Shown: positions 27,571 through 35,859 of the stretch, piece by piece
Layout: each line of letters starts with the position of its first letter
Position numbering within the stretch: the stretch's first letter is position 1
Source: an uncultured Gemmatimonadota bacterium
GTDB lineage: Bacteria; Gemmatimonadota; Gemmatimonadetes; Palauibacterales; Palauibacteraceae
DNA length: 64,000 bases
Assembly: GCA_964509895.1 (NCBI GenBank)
Contig: CAZDZJ010000118.1
Coordinates: forward strand, 4,207 to 68,206
Reading direction: 5' to 3'
Position numbers and translations under genes: made by a program
The notes under the pieces: generated by a model
Database searches by the model: none
Told to the model about the DNA's origin: nothing
What the model saw: the letters and a program-made list of their open reading frames with translations, nothing else

Positions 27571-28563
27571 GTGAGCCCGCGCGGATCCGGGGGGGAGGGT
27601 GCGGGCGAGCGGCGGCTCATCGAGATCAGCGAGGGTGAGGACGCGGCTCTCGAACGGCTCGACCGCCTGCTTGCCGACCGCCTCGCCCTGAGCCGGTCCC
27701 GGGTCGCGCAACTCATCTCCGGCGGCCGGGTGACCGTCAACGGACGGATCGTGCCGAAACGGTATCGCCCCCGGACAGGGGATCGGATCGGCATCGACCT
27801 GCCGCCCCCGGCTCCCACCCGGCTGGAGCCGGAAGACATCCCGGTCGAGATCCGCTACCAGGATGACGCCCTCGCGGTCGTGGAGAAACCGGGCGGGCTC
27901 GTCGTCCACCCCGCCCCGGGGCATCCGGGGGGGACGCTGGTGAACGCACTTCTCTTTCACCTCGGCGACCTGTCGAGCATCGGGGGGGACCGCCGGCCGG
28001 GCATCGTGCACCGGCTCGACAGGGACACGAGCGGACTCATGCTCGTCGCCAGGCGGGATGAAGCGCACCGCGCGCTCTCCGCCGCTCTCCGGCGGCGGGA
28101 GATCGAGCGCGGGTACGTCGCCGCGGCGTGGGGACACCTCGACGAGGAGCGCTTCGCGGTGGATCGCCCGATCGGGCGCGACCCGCGCGACCGGAAGCGG
28201 ATGGCGGTGCGGGAAGAGGGGCGGCCCGCACTGACGCATGTGAAGCGCCTGGAGCGCTGGAACGCGGCGGAATTGCTCGCGGTCCGGCTCGCCACGGGCA
28301 GAACGCACCAGATCCGGGTGCACCTCCGGTCGCTCGGACACCCGGTGGTCGCGGATCCCGTCTACGGGCCCGACTGGGAACGGGGGTTCGGCGGCGCGGG
28401 CGGCCGCTGGGCCGAAGTGCTTCGGCGCCGGGCCGGGCGACTCTTCCTGCACGCCGCGCATCTCGCGTTTGAGCACCCCGGGACCGGCGAAGTGATGTCC
28501 TTCGCCTCGCCGCTGCCCTCGCCGCTGATCGAGGCCGCGGAATGGGCCCGGCGCACCTCGTAA
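27571..28563 (+). CDS. RluA/RluD family pseudouridine synthase with N-terminal S4 domain
   Basis: RLDRLLA..L..SRSRV..LI..G.V.VNG, VVEKPGGLVVHPAPG, VHRLDRDTSG (catalytic Asp), TGRTHQIRVH, LFLHAA.L.F.HP. Confidence 0.93.
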   Translation: MSPRGSGGEGAGERRLIEISEGEDAALERLDRLLADRLALSRSRVAQLISGGRVTVNGRIVPKRYRPRTGDRIGIDLPPPAPTRLEPEDIPVEIRYQDDALAVVEKPGGLVVHPAPGHPGGTLVNALLFHLGDLSSIGGDRRPGIVHRLDRDTSGLMLVARRDEAHRALSAALRRREIERGYVAAAWGHLDEERFAVDRPIGRDPRDRKRMAVREEGRPALTHVKRLERWNAAELLAVRLATGRTHQIRVHLRSLGHPVVADPVYGPDWERGFGGAGGRWAEVLRRRAGRLFLHAAHLAFEHPGTGEVMSFASPLPSPLIEAAEWARRTS

Positions 28564-28623
28564 AGGATTCGGCGTGGGCGCGGACGGCGATGGCGCCTCC
28601 CCGGAGACGCGCCTTCGAGGTAG

Positions 28624-28652
28624 TTGACGCGTGTCGGAGGGACGTCTAGCGT
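28624..28652 (+). promoter_or_regulatory. Sigma-70 promoter giving a leaderless transcript
   Basis: TTGACG (28624-28629), 17-nt spacer, TAGCGT (28647-28652). The ATG at 28659 lies at the expected +1 distance. Confidence 0.6.
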
Positions 28653-28658
28653 CCCCGC

Positions 28659-28880
28659 ATGAACCAGGGAAGACGCGACCGCAAGAGGGGGGATGTCCCC
28701 GCCCGAGGCCTCAGGTTCGGCGTGGCCAACTACGTATCGTTCGCGCTCGGCCTCACGTCGATCGTCGCCGGATACGTGCTGCTCGACCGGGGGTCCGTGA
28801 CGGCCGCACCGCTCCTGCTCATCCTGGGCTACGCGGTGCTCCTGCCCGCCGGACTCATCCTCGGCTGGCGCCGCCTCTAG
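28659..28880 (+). CDS. Small two-TM membrane protein (DUF3098-like by eye)
   Basis: 73 aa: NYVSFALGLTSIVAGYVLL..GS.T.APLLLILGYAVLLPAGL. Confidence 0.65.
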   Translation: MNQGRRDRKRGDVPARGLRFGVANYVSFALGLTSIVAGYVLLDRGSVTAAPLLLILGYAVLLPAGLILGWRRL

Positions 28881-28946
28881 CAGGCCGTGGCAAGACCCCG
28901 CGTCAGCGCCGCTCGAACGCAGCGGGGTCTTGCCGCGGCCTGCTAG
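28877..28946. mobile_element. 70-bp MITE/REP-like element with 25-bp inverted repeats bounded by CTAG
   Basis: CTAGCAGGCCGTGGCAAGACCCCGC (28877-28901) pairs with GCGGGGTCTTGCCGCGGCCTGCTAG (28922-28946), 24/25 complementary. The left CTAG contains the upstream gene's stop codon. Confidence 0.6.
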
Positions 28947-29030
28947 CGCCGGTCCGCAGTTTTCGCCGCGGCCGGCGGGATTCGGCCCGCGAAGGCCCGG
29001 CCGCAAGCCCGCGCCGACGGTCACGACTCA

Positions 29031-29105
29031 GGGCGAATAGCTCAGCCGGTTCAGAGCGCCTGCCTTACAAGCAGGAGGTCGGGGGTTCGAATCCCTCTTC
29101 GCCCA
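29031..29105 (+). tRNA. tRNA-Val (anticodon TAC); CCA not encoded
   Basis: Acceptor stem GGGCGAA/TTCGCCC, D-arm TAGCTCAG..GG.TCAGAGC, anticodon stem CCTGC/GCAGG with loop CTTACAA, T-loop GGTTCGAATCC. Confidence 0.97.
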
Positions 29106-29118
29106 TTTGGTTACCGAT

Positions 29119-30048
29119 ATGTGGTTCCTGATCGGCACGCTCTCGCGATGGGCGCTGTTCACGGGTCTCCTCGTGGCGGTGGGAGCCGTCGCCTTCAAGC
29201 TCGTAGTCCTCAGGCGCTTCCCCGGGTTCGGGCCGGTGGAGGACGCAGCGGACGGGATCACGCCGGAGCGGGTGGCGGCGCGCATCGGTGGACTTGCGGT
29301 ACTGCTCGCCGGCGCCGGCGCCCTCGGTCGCCTCGCCACGGAGGTGAGCGTCTTTCGCGATCCCTTCGAACCGATGGGGGCGGAGGTGCGCCTACTGGTG
29401 ACCGGCACTTCCTGGGGTCGGGCGTGGCTCGGCCAGGTCACGGCGGTCGTCCTTTCCGCGTTCGCGTTCGCCCTCGCTTCCGCGCGGGGCCCGCGGGCCG
29501 AGTTCGGCTGGGTCGCGGCGACGGCGACGGTGGCCCTCCTTGCCTACACCCCGGCGCTGGCGGGACATGCGGCCGGCGCCGAGCACTTCGTTACCCCGGC
29601 GATCACCGCCGACGTCTTCCATGTCGTGGCCGGAGGCGTGTGGATGGGTACGCTGTCCGTGATGGCCGCGGTCCTGCACTTCGGCCGGCGGCGGGGAGCC
29701 TCGATCTCGAGGGGCCGCATCGTCGACTGGGTCTCGGCCTTCTCGCCCCTCGCCCTCGGCTCGTCGGCGATCCTTGCGGCCACGGGCCTCTTCGCGGCGT
29801 GGCTCCACCTGGGCGCGGTTTCGGCGCTCTGGAACGAACCCTACGGCCGGACGCTGAGCCTGAAGCTGTTCGTGCTCCTCGGGATACTGGCTTTCGGCGC
29901 GTACAACTGGAGGCGCGCACCCGGCCGGGTCCGGGATGGCGGGAATCCGCCCCGCCTGCCACCGACCGTCACGCTCGAGTTGAGCGCGGCGGGCCTGCTC
30001 CTCCTCGTCACGGCCGTCCTCACCGGGACGCCGCCGCCCGCGCATTGA
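29119..30048 (+). CDS. CopD family inner-membrane copper resistance/transport protein
   Basis: About 8 TM segments, ALAGHA, ADVFHVVAGGVWMG.L, FS.LA..S..IL.ATG, PYGR.L.LKL, TLE..A..LL..TAVL. Confidence 0.8.
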   Translation: MWFLIGTLSRWALFTGLLVAVGAVAFKLVVLRRFPGFGPVEDAADGITPERVAARIGGLAVLLAGAGALGRLATEVSVFRDPFEPMGAEVRLLVTGTSWGRAWLGQVTAVVLSAFAFALASARGPRAEFGWVAATATVALLAYTPALAGHAAGAEHFVTPAITADVFHVVAGGVWMGTLSVMAAVLHFGRRRGASISRGRIVDWVSAFSPLALGSSAILAATGLFAAWLHLGAVSALWNEPYGRTLSLKLFVLLGILAFGAYNWRRAPGRVRDGGNPPRLPPTVTLELSAAGLLLLVTAVLTGTPPPAH

Positions 30049-30082
30049 GGCTGACGAGATCCCCGGGGAGGCCCCCCGGGCC

Positions 30083-31390
30083 GTGACCGCGATCCCGGCA
30101 CTTCGCGTCGACGGCGACCGCCTCTGGGGACGCCTCGAAGAGATGGCGCGCATCGGGGCCACGCCGGCCGGGGGCGTCCACCGGCTCGCCCTGAGCGAAG
30201 AGGATCGCCGTGCGCGCGATCTCTTCCGCGCCTGGGCCGAAGCGCTCGGCCTCGCGGTGTCGATCGACGGCGTTGGCAACATGTTCGCGCGCCGGGAAGG
30301 GACGGAGGCCGGCAGCGAAGAGGGTCGGCCGCCGCTCGTGCTCGGGAGCCACCTCGACAGCCAGCCCACGGGCGGGCGGTTCGATGGGCCGCTCGGCGTC
30401 CTCGCGGCGCTGGAGGTCGTAGAGACGCTCGAGGAGCACGGGATCGCGACCGCGGCCCCGCTGGAGGTCGCGAACTGGACCAACGAGGAAGGCGCCCGCT
30501 TCGCCCCCGCCATGATGGGATCCGGGGTGTTCTCGGGCCGCTTCGGGTTGGAGGGGGCCCTGGCCGCGACCGATTCGGACGGCGTGACGGTGGCTGAGGC
30601 AATCGACCGGATCGGCTACCGCGGGCCGTCCCCCGTCGGCGGACGCCGCCTGGGGGCACATCTCGAATTGCACATCGAGCAGGGCCCCATTCTCGAACAG
30701 AATGCCTGCGAGATCGGTGTCGTGACCGGAGTGCAGGGCGCCCGCTGGTTCGACCTCACGATCGTCGGTGAAGAAGCGCACGCCGGCCCCACGCCGATGT
30801 CCGGGCGGACGGACCCCGTCGCGGCGCTGGGGCGGCTGCTCGTGAGCGCATATCGCCGGATCGAGCGCGACTTCGCGCCGCACGGCCGCTTGACCTTCGG
30901 GGTCCTGGCGGCGGCTCCGGCTTCCCGGAATACGGTGCCGGGCAGCGTCACCGTAAGCGTCGATCTCCGCCACCCGGCGGATCCGACGCTCGATGACATG
31001 GAGCAGTGTCTGCGCGAGGAAGCGGCGCGCGCCTGCCGGGACCGTGGCGCCCGATGGCGGCTGGACGACGTGTGGCGCTCGCCGCCGGTCCGGTTCGCGG
31101 ACGCCTGCGTCGATTCCATTCGGGCCGCGGCCGAACTCTGCGGGTATTCGTCGATGCCGTTGATGGCCGGCGCCGGTCACGACTCGGTTCACACGAACGA
31201 TGTCGCGCCGACGGGCATGATCTTCGTCCCGTGCGAGGGCGGCGTCAGTCACAACGAGGCCGAGAGCATCACGCCGGCGCAGGCGGAGGCAGGCGCCAAC
31301 GTCCTCCTCCACGCGGCGCTCGGACTCGTGGAGGAGCCATCCGCTGATATGTTGTCCGCTCCACCCGACCAGCCAGGAGGCACCGCGTGA
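30083..31390 (+). CDS. M20 family Zn-dependent amidohydrolase (N-carbamoyl-amino acid hydrolase/beta-ureidopropionase type)
   Basis: GSHLDSQPTGGRFDG.LGV, NWTNEEGARF, ELHIEQGP.LE, GEEAHAGPTPM, SGAGHD-like MAGAGHDS, IFVPCEGG.SHNE.E. Confidence 0.9.
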   Translation: MTAIPALRVDGDRLWGRLEEMARIGATPAGGVHRLALSEEDRRARDLFRAWAEALGLAVSIDGVGNMFARREGTEAGSEEGRPPLVLGSHLDSQPTGGRFDGPLGVLAALEVVETLEEHGIATAAPLEVANWTNEEGARFAPAMMGSGVFSGRFGLEGALAATDSDGVTVAEAIDRIGYRGPSPVGGRRLGAHLELHIEQGPILEQNACEIGVVTGVQGARWFDLTIVGEEAHAGPTPMSGRTDPVAALGRLLVSAYRRIERDFAPHGRLTFGVLAAAPASRNTVPGSVTVSVDLRHPADPTLDDMEQCLREEAARACRDRGARWRLDDVWRSPPVRFADACVDSIRAAAELCGYSSMPLMAGAGHDSVHTNDVAPTGMIFVPCEGGVSHNEAESITPAQAEAGANVLLHAALGLVEEPSADMLSAPPDQPGGTA

Positions 31391-32787
31391 GCGCCACGAC
31401 GAGCACCGCTACGGCGAAGCCCGCTCCGACCACTACGACGCAATGGCAGGACATCGACCGACGCCATCACGTCCACCCCTTCATCGATCCCAGGGTCGTC
31501 ACCGAGAAGGGGACCCGCGTGATCGTGGGCGCGGAGGGCCGGCATCTCATCGACTCCGATGGCCGCCGCATCCTGGACGGCATGGGCGGCCTGTGGTGCG
31601 TGAATCTCGGCTACGGACGGGAGGAGCTTGCGAGGGCGGCGTACGACCAGATGGTCGAGCTTCCCTACTACAACACCTTCTTCCGTTCGGCGCCACCGGC
31701 AACGATCGAGCTGTCCCGCGTCCTCGCCGAACTCACGCCCGGTGCGATCGCGCACACCTTCTTCTCGAGTTCCGGTTCCGAGGCCAACGACACGATCGTC
31801 CGTCTCGTCCGCCGCTACTGGGATCTGCGCGGAAAGCCGGCGAAAAAGACGTTCATCAGCCGCACGTACGCCTACCACGGCAGCACGATGGCCGCCGCGA
31901 GTCTGGGCGGCTTCGAGGCCATGCACGCGGTGGGCGACCTGCCGCTCCCCGGCTTCGAGCACATCGTGCCCCCGTACTGGTTCGCCATGGGGACGCCCGA
32001 CGAAACGCCCGAGGAGACCGGTGCAAGGGCCGCGCGCGCCCTCGAGGAGAAGATTGCGGAACTCGGCGCCGACCGGGTGGCGGCGTTCATCGGCGAGCCG
32101 GTCATCGGCGCCGGCGGCGTCATCGTGCCGCCCGACAACTACTGGCCCGAGATCCAGCGCATCTGCCGCGAGAACGATGTGCTCGTGGTCTGCGACGAAG
32201 TGATCACGGGCTTCGGCCGCACTGGAGAATGGTTCGGCGCGCAGAAGTTCGGGATCGAGGCCGACCTCATGACCATCGCCAAGGGGCTCACCTCCGGCTA
32301 CGTCCCGATGTCCGCCGTCCTCATGACCGATGCGGTGTTCGGCGTGCTCGCCGGGGGGGGCGTCATCCCGCACGGATACACGTACTCCGGCCACCCCGTC
32401 GCGGCCGCCGTCGCGCTGGAGAACCTCCGGATCATGAAGGAGGAGCGCGTTGTCGAAAGGGTGAGGGAGGACACCGGGCCCTATTTCCAGTCCCGCCTGC
32501 GGGAGCTCGAAGATCACCCGCTCGTCGGGGAGGTGCGGGGCGTGGGTCTCGTCGCCGGCGTCGAACTCTCGAAGGACAAGGCGGCCCGGGCGCTGTTCGA
32601 GCCCGTAGGCCAGGTGGGCGCGCTCTGTCACGAGCACCTCTACGACGAGGGCGTCGTCTTCCGCGCCATGCGCGATGTCGTATGCACGAGCCCGCCGCTC
32701 ACGATCACGCGCGAGGAGATCGACGAACTCGTGACCCGGGCCAGGGCGGGGATCGATCGGACGGCACGGGACCTCGGGATGATGTAG
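31387..32787 (+). CDS. Class III omega-amino acid/polyamine aminotransferase (SpuC-like)
   Basis: DGMGGLWCVNLGYGR, SSGSEANDT, YHGST, AAFIGEPV.GAGGVI.P, DEVITGFGRTG.WF, TIAKGLTSGY.P (PLP Lys), HGYTYSGHP. Confidence 0.92.
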   Translation: MSATTSTATAKPAPTTTTQWQDIDRRHHVHPFIDPRVVTEKGTRVIVGAEGRHLIDSDGRRILDGMGGLWCVNLGYGREELARAAYDQMVELPYYNTFFRSAPPATIELSRVLAELTPGAIAHTFFSSSGSEANDTIVRLVRRYWDLRGKPAKKTFISRTYAYHGSTMAAASLGGFEAMHAVGDLPLPGFEHIVPPYWFAMGTPDETPEETGARAARALEEKIAELGADRVAAFIGEPVIGAGGVIVPPDNYWPEIQRICRENDVLVVCDEVITGFGRTGEWFGAQKFGIEADLMTIAKGLTSGYVPMSAVLMTDAVFGVLAGGGVIPHGYTYSGHPVAAAVALENLRIMKEERVVERVREDTGPYFQSRLRELEDHPLVGEVRGVGLVAGVELSKDKAARALFEPVGQVGALCHEHLYDEGVVFRAMRDVVCTSPPLTITREEIDELVTRARAGIDRTARDLGMM

Positions 32788-32807
32788 TGCGGAGGCGAGA
32801 TTTGCCT

Positions 32808-33209
32808 GTGAATCGGGTCCCGCTCGGCGTGGTTCTGGCGATCCTCGGCACGGGTTCGGCCGCCTGTTTCGGGGGGCGGCCGGGCGAGCCACGCCCGGAA
32901 GTGGCCGCGTACGATTTCCGGGTCGCTTACTACGTGTCGTGCAGCGTGAGCGACGAGTGTCGCGTCCAGTACATCGACGAGGCCGGCGAACTCCGGGCCC
33001 GGGATATCGTCGGCGAGTGGAAGATGGACTTCGGCGCGAACCACGGCACTCGACTCTGGGTGCGCGTCGGCGCCGGCGGGTGTCCCCCGCGGCCGGTCCG
33101 GGCCGAGATCCGGATGGGAGCGGATGTCGTGGCCGAACAACTGGAGAGACCGCCCCGAGGCCAGCGCTGCCGCTGGATCCTGGCCGAGACCGACTTCCGC
33201 ATCCCGTGA
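32808..33209 (+). CDS. Hypothetical lipoprotein (133 aa)
   Basis: GTG start, MNRVPLGVVLAILGTGSAA-C lipobox, and its stop overlaps the next GTG. Found in the tail of ORF 31443..33209. Confidence 0.65.
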   Translation: MNRVPLGVVLAILGTGSAACFGGRPGEPRPEVAAYDFRVAYYVSCSVSDECRVQYIDEAGELRARDIVGEWKMDFGANHGTRLWVRVGAGGCPPRPVRAEIRMGADVVAEQLERPPRGQRCRWILAETDFRIP

Positions 33210-33763
33210 TCCGGCGCCTGGCGGGCGCCATCCTCGCGTTCGCCGGCTGGCGTTTCGTCGGCGAGCTGCCGGGACCCCGCTCCGTCATCATCGGCGCCCC
33301 GCATACGTCGAACTGGGATTTCCCGCTCGCCCTCCTCTGCTTCTGGATCCTCCCCTGTCGCGCGCGCTGGGTCGGCAAGCACACGATCTTCCGCTGGCCC
33401 CTCGGCGGCCTGTTCCGGCGGCTGGGGGGAATCCCCCTCGACCGGGCTCATACGGCGGATTTCGTGCGCCGCATCGTCGAGCGCTTCGATCGAGAGCCGG
33501 AGTTCACCTTCGTGCTGGCGCCGGAAGGCACCCGGAGCCGCCGGGACCACTGGCGGAGCGGCTTCTACTGGATCGCGCACCGAGCGCGGGTGCCGCTCGG
33601 GCTCGGCTTCGTGGACTACGCGAGCCGTACGGTGGGGATCGGGGACGCCTTCCTGACGAGCGGGGACATCGAAGCGGACATGGAGCGGATCCGCGTCTTC
33701 TACGCCGACAAGAGGGGGCTCCGCCCCGAGAAGGAGAGTTCGGTCCGCCTCCGCCGGCGATAA
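33206..33763 (+). CDS. Lysophospholipid/glycerol acyltransferase family protein (PlsC-like)
   Basis: IIGAPHTSNWD (HxxxxD), GK..IF..P.G.L.R.LGGIP.DR, LAPEGTRS, W.SGFY.IA..A.VP. Confidence 0.88.
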   Translation: MIRRLAGAILAFAGWRFVGELPGPRSVIIGAPHTSNWDFPLALLCFWILPCRARWVGKHTIFRWPLGGLFRRLGGIPLDRAHTADFVRRIVERFDREPEFTFVLAPEGTRSRRDHWRSGFYWIAHRARVPLGLGFVDYASRTVGIGDAFLTSGDIEADMERIRVFYADKRGLRPEKESSVRLRRR

Positions 33764-33792
33764 GCCTCCCCGATCGCCGCGCGGGGCCGTGC

Positions 33793-34896
33793 TCAGACGC
33801 CCTCGGCGGTCTCCGCGATGAGGTGCCGGACTACGGCCGTAATGTCGCCGGTCTCCTCGTAGACGGCGAGCTGCCGTTGCGAACTCGATCCCTCCTTCAG
33901 GATCCGGAGCGCGTACTCCACCTCCGCACGGGTCCCGAGTTCGTCGACGACATCATCGAGGAACCACTCGATGATCTCGACGATCAGATCCGACGCCGGA
34001 TGCTCGCTCTGCCGCCCGAAGTCGACCAGCTTGCCCGTGAGCCCGTACCGGGCCGCGCGCCACTTGTTCTCCGCGAGCAGGACCTCGGGATACTGGCGGA
34101 AGGTGAGGTTGTCGCGCCGCAGCTTCCACAGCTTCGCCACAATCCCCTGGAAGATGGCGGCGATACAGACGACTTCCTCCACGCGCGTGCACATGTCGCA
34201 CACGCGGAACTCGAGCGTCGGGAACTTGTGATTGGGGCGGACATCCCACCAGATCTTGCTCGAGTCCGGGATCGTGTTCGAGCGGACCATCGTCTCGATG
34301 AAGTGCTCGTACTCGTTCCAGCTGCCGAAGCTCATCGGGATGCCCGTGCGTGGGAAGTTCCGCCAGATGATGCTGCGGTAGGAGTGCAGCCCCGTCTTCG
34401 ACCCCTCCCAGAAGGGGGAGCTCGTCGAGAGCGCCAGAACGTGGGGCAGGAAGTACCGGGACACGTTCATCGCGTCGACCATGAAATCACGGTCCTCGAT
34501 CCCCACGTGGATGTGGGTGCCGAAGATCAGATTCCGCTCGGCGACCTGCTGCAGGTCCTCCCTCAGCCCGACGTAGCGGTCGATCGGCGTGATGTCCTGC
34601 TGCTCCCAGGTCGAGAAGGGATGGGTGCCCGCGGCCACGATGGCGAGTCCCCTCTCGGCGACCGTACCGCTGACGAGCCGGCGCATGCGGAGCACCTCCT
34701 CCCGCGCTTCCCCGATATCCCGGCAGACCTCGCTCGCCGTCTCCACGCAGGCCTGGTGCAGCTCCGGGTGAATCTGCTCCCGCGTCTCTTCATCACCTTC
34801 CAGAATCTCCGTGATGAACGAGGTGAGTTCACCGGTCTCCGGGTGGACGACCTGGTATTCCTCTTCGATCCCGAGTGTGAGCGAAGGCGGTTTCAT
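33793..34896 (-). CDS. Carboxylate-amine ligase / glutamate-cysteine ligase family 2 (YbdK-like)
   Basis: TLGIEEEYQVV, ELHQACVE, AAGTHPF, IFGTHIHVGI, LALSTSSPFW.G..TGL.SYR, IWWDVRP..KFPTLEFRVCD. Confidence 0.92.
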   Translation of the reverse strand: MKPPSLTLGIEEEYQVVHPETGELTSFITEILEGDEETREQIHPELHQACVETASEVCRDIGEAREEVLRMRRLVSGTVAERGLAIVAAGTHPFSTWEQQDITPIDRYVGLREDLQQVAERNLIFGTHIHVGIEDRDFMVDAMNVSRYFLPHVLALSTSSPFWEGSKTGLHSYRSIIWRNFPRTGIPMSFGSWNEYEHFIETMVRSNTIPDSSKIWWDVRPNHKFPTLEFRVCDMCTRVEEVVCIAAIFQGIVAKLWKLRRDNLTFRQYPEVLLAENKWRAARYGLTGKLVDFGRQSEHPASDLIVEIIEWFLDDVVDELGTRAEVEYALRILKEGSSSQRQLAVYEETGDITAVVRHLIAETAEGV

Positions 34897-34979
34897 GTGA
34901 CCCTCTCAAGAGAGCGTTTCGAGTCCGCGCGTCCGAACGGCGGGCCCAAGCTACTTTCGAGGATCGCCGGGGGCCATGT

Positions 34980-35351
34980 ATGTTCCTGCGTCCCGATTCC
35001 GGACCGTTTCCCGACACGGAGGCACCATTGATCGACTGGCTCTTCGCAATCTGCATTTTCTGGCTTATGGCTGCGATCTTCTTCGGCGGCATCTACGACG
35101 CGGAGAGTGGGTCCCCCGGCCGGCAGGCGCTCGGCCTCGTGCTCAACTTCGCCGCATTTCTCGCCATTTTCGCCGGGTTGCGGCTCGCCCTCGGCGGCCT
35201 CGGAGGGGACAGCGCATTCCTGAGCACCGTGCTTGGAACCATCGTGCCCACGGCCCTGCCGTCCATGCTGCTCGGCCGGATCGGGAACCTCGTCTTCGGA
35301 CTCGTCGGAGTCCGGATGACACGCAAGGTGTTCTCCGCGGAAGCCCACTGA
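34980..35351 (+). CDS. Hypothetical membrane protein (3-4 TM)
   Basis: 123-aa ORF with hydrophobic helices; the start could also be the TTG at about 35027. Confidence 0.55.
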   Translation: MFLRPDSGPFPDTEAPLIDWLFAICIFWLMAAIFFGGIYDAESGSPGRQALGLVLNFAAFLAIFAGLRLALGGLGGDSAFLSTVLGTIVPTALPSMLLGRIGNLVFGLVGVRMTRKVFSAEAH

Positions 35352-35462
35352 CGGGACCCTTCCTCAGCGGGAACGCCCGCCGCACTTGCAATCCGGCCAG
35401 GGTCAGCGGATTATGCGCGCGGATCGCTCATCGGAGCTTACCTTCAACAGGGAGAACCCAGG

Positions 35463-35756
35463 ATGACCAAAGACGAATTCGCGGCGAAGCTCGCCTCGCA
35501 GACCGGCCTGAGCAAAGCCAGCGCGCGAGATGTAATCGACTGTATTTTCTCGACGGATTCCGGCAAGGGGATCATCGCAGTCGAACTTGACGCAGGCCGC
35601 GACTTCACGGTCACCGGTTTCGGTACATTCGGGACCCGCCATCGCAAGGCACGCATGGGCCGGAACCCGCAGACCGGCCAGTCGATCCAGATTGCGGCCA
35701 TGAACGTTCCGACGTTCAAGGCGGGGAAGGGACTCAAGGACCGGGTCCGGGTCTAG
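35463..35756 (+). CDS. hup: HU family DNA-binding protein
   Basis: MTKDEF..KLA..TGLSKA, GFGTF..R.RKAR.GRNPQTG..IQIAA..VP.FKAGK.LKD.V. Confidence 0.96.
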   Translation: MTKDEFAAKLASQTGLSKASARDVIDCIFSTDSGKGIIAVELDAGRDFTVTGFGTFGTRHRKARMGRNPQTGQSIQIAAMNVPTFKAGKGLKDRVRV

Positions 35757-35775
35757 ACGAGTCCAGAGCGGTGAT

Positions 35776-35852
35776 GCGGCGGGACCGAAGCCGGGTTCCG
35801 CCGCGATCGCTTCCCAGCCTCCCCGTACCCTGTCCGGCCGCAAACCGGGCAG
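35776..35852. terminator. Two GC-rich hairpins between convergent hup and the VWA gene (candidate bidirectional terminator)
   Basis: GCGGCGGGACC/GGTTCCGCCGC (35776-35804) and CTGTCCGG/CCGGGCAG (35830-35852). No clear T tract. Confidence 0.45.
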
Positions 35853-35859
35853 TCCCCCG

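Noticed and set aside
4478-27595. C7/G7 homopolymer runs (e.g. 4478-4484, 27589-27595) as phase-variation tracts
   Set aside because: Short runs are expected at this GC content, and the reading frames are intact.
30062-30080. Hairpin CCCGGGG/CCCCGGG overlapping the SD of the M20 hydrolase
   Set aside because: Most of the SD lies in the loop and such stems are common in GC-rich DNA; no evidence of a switch.
29106-35351. Possible genomic island integrated at tRNA-Val
   Set aside because: No integrase, no duplicated tRNA 3' end seen downstream, and no obvious shift in composition or codon style.
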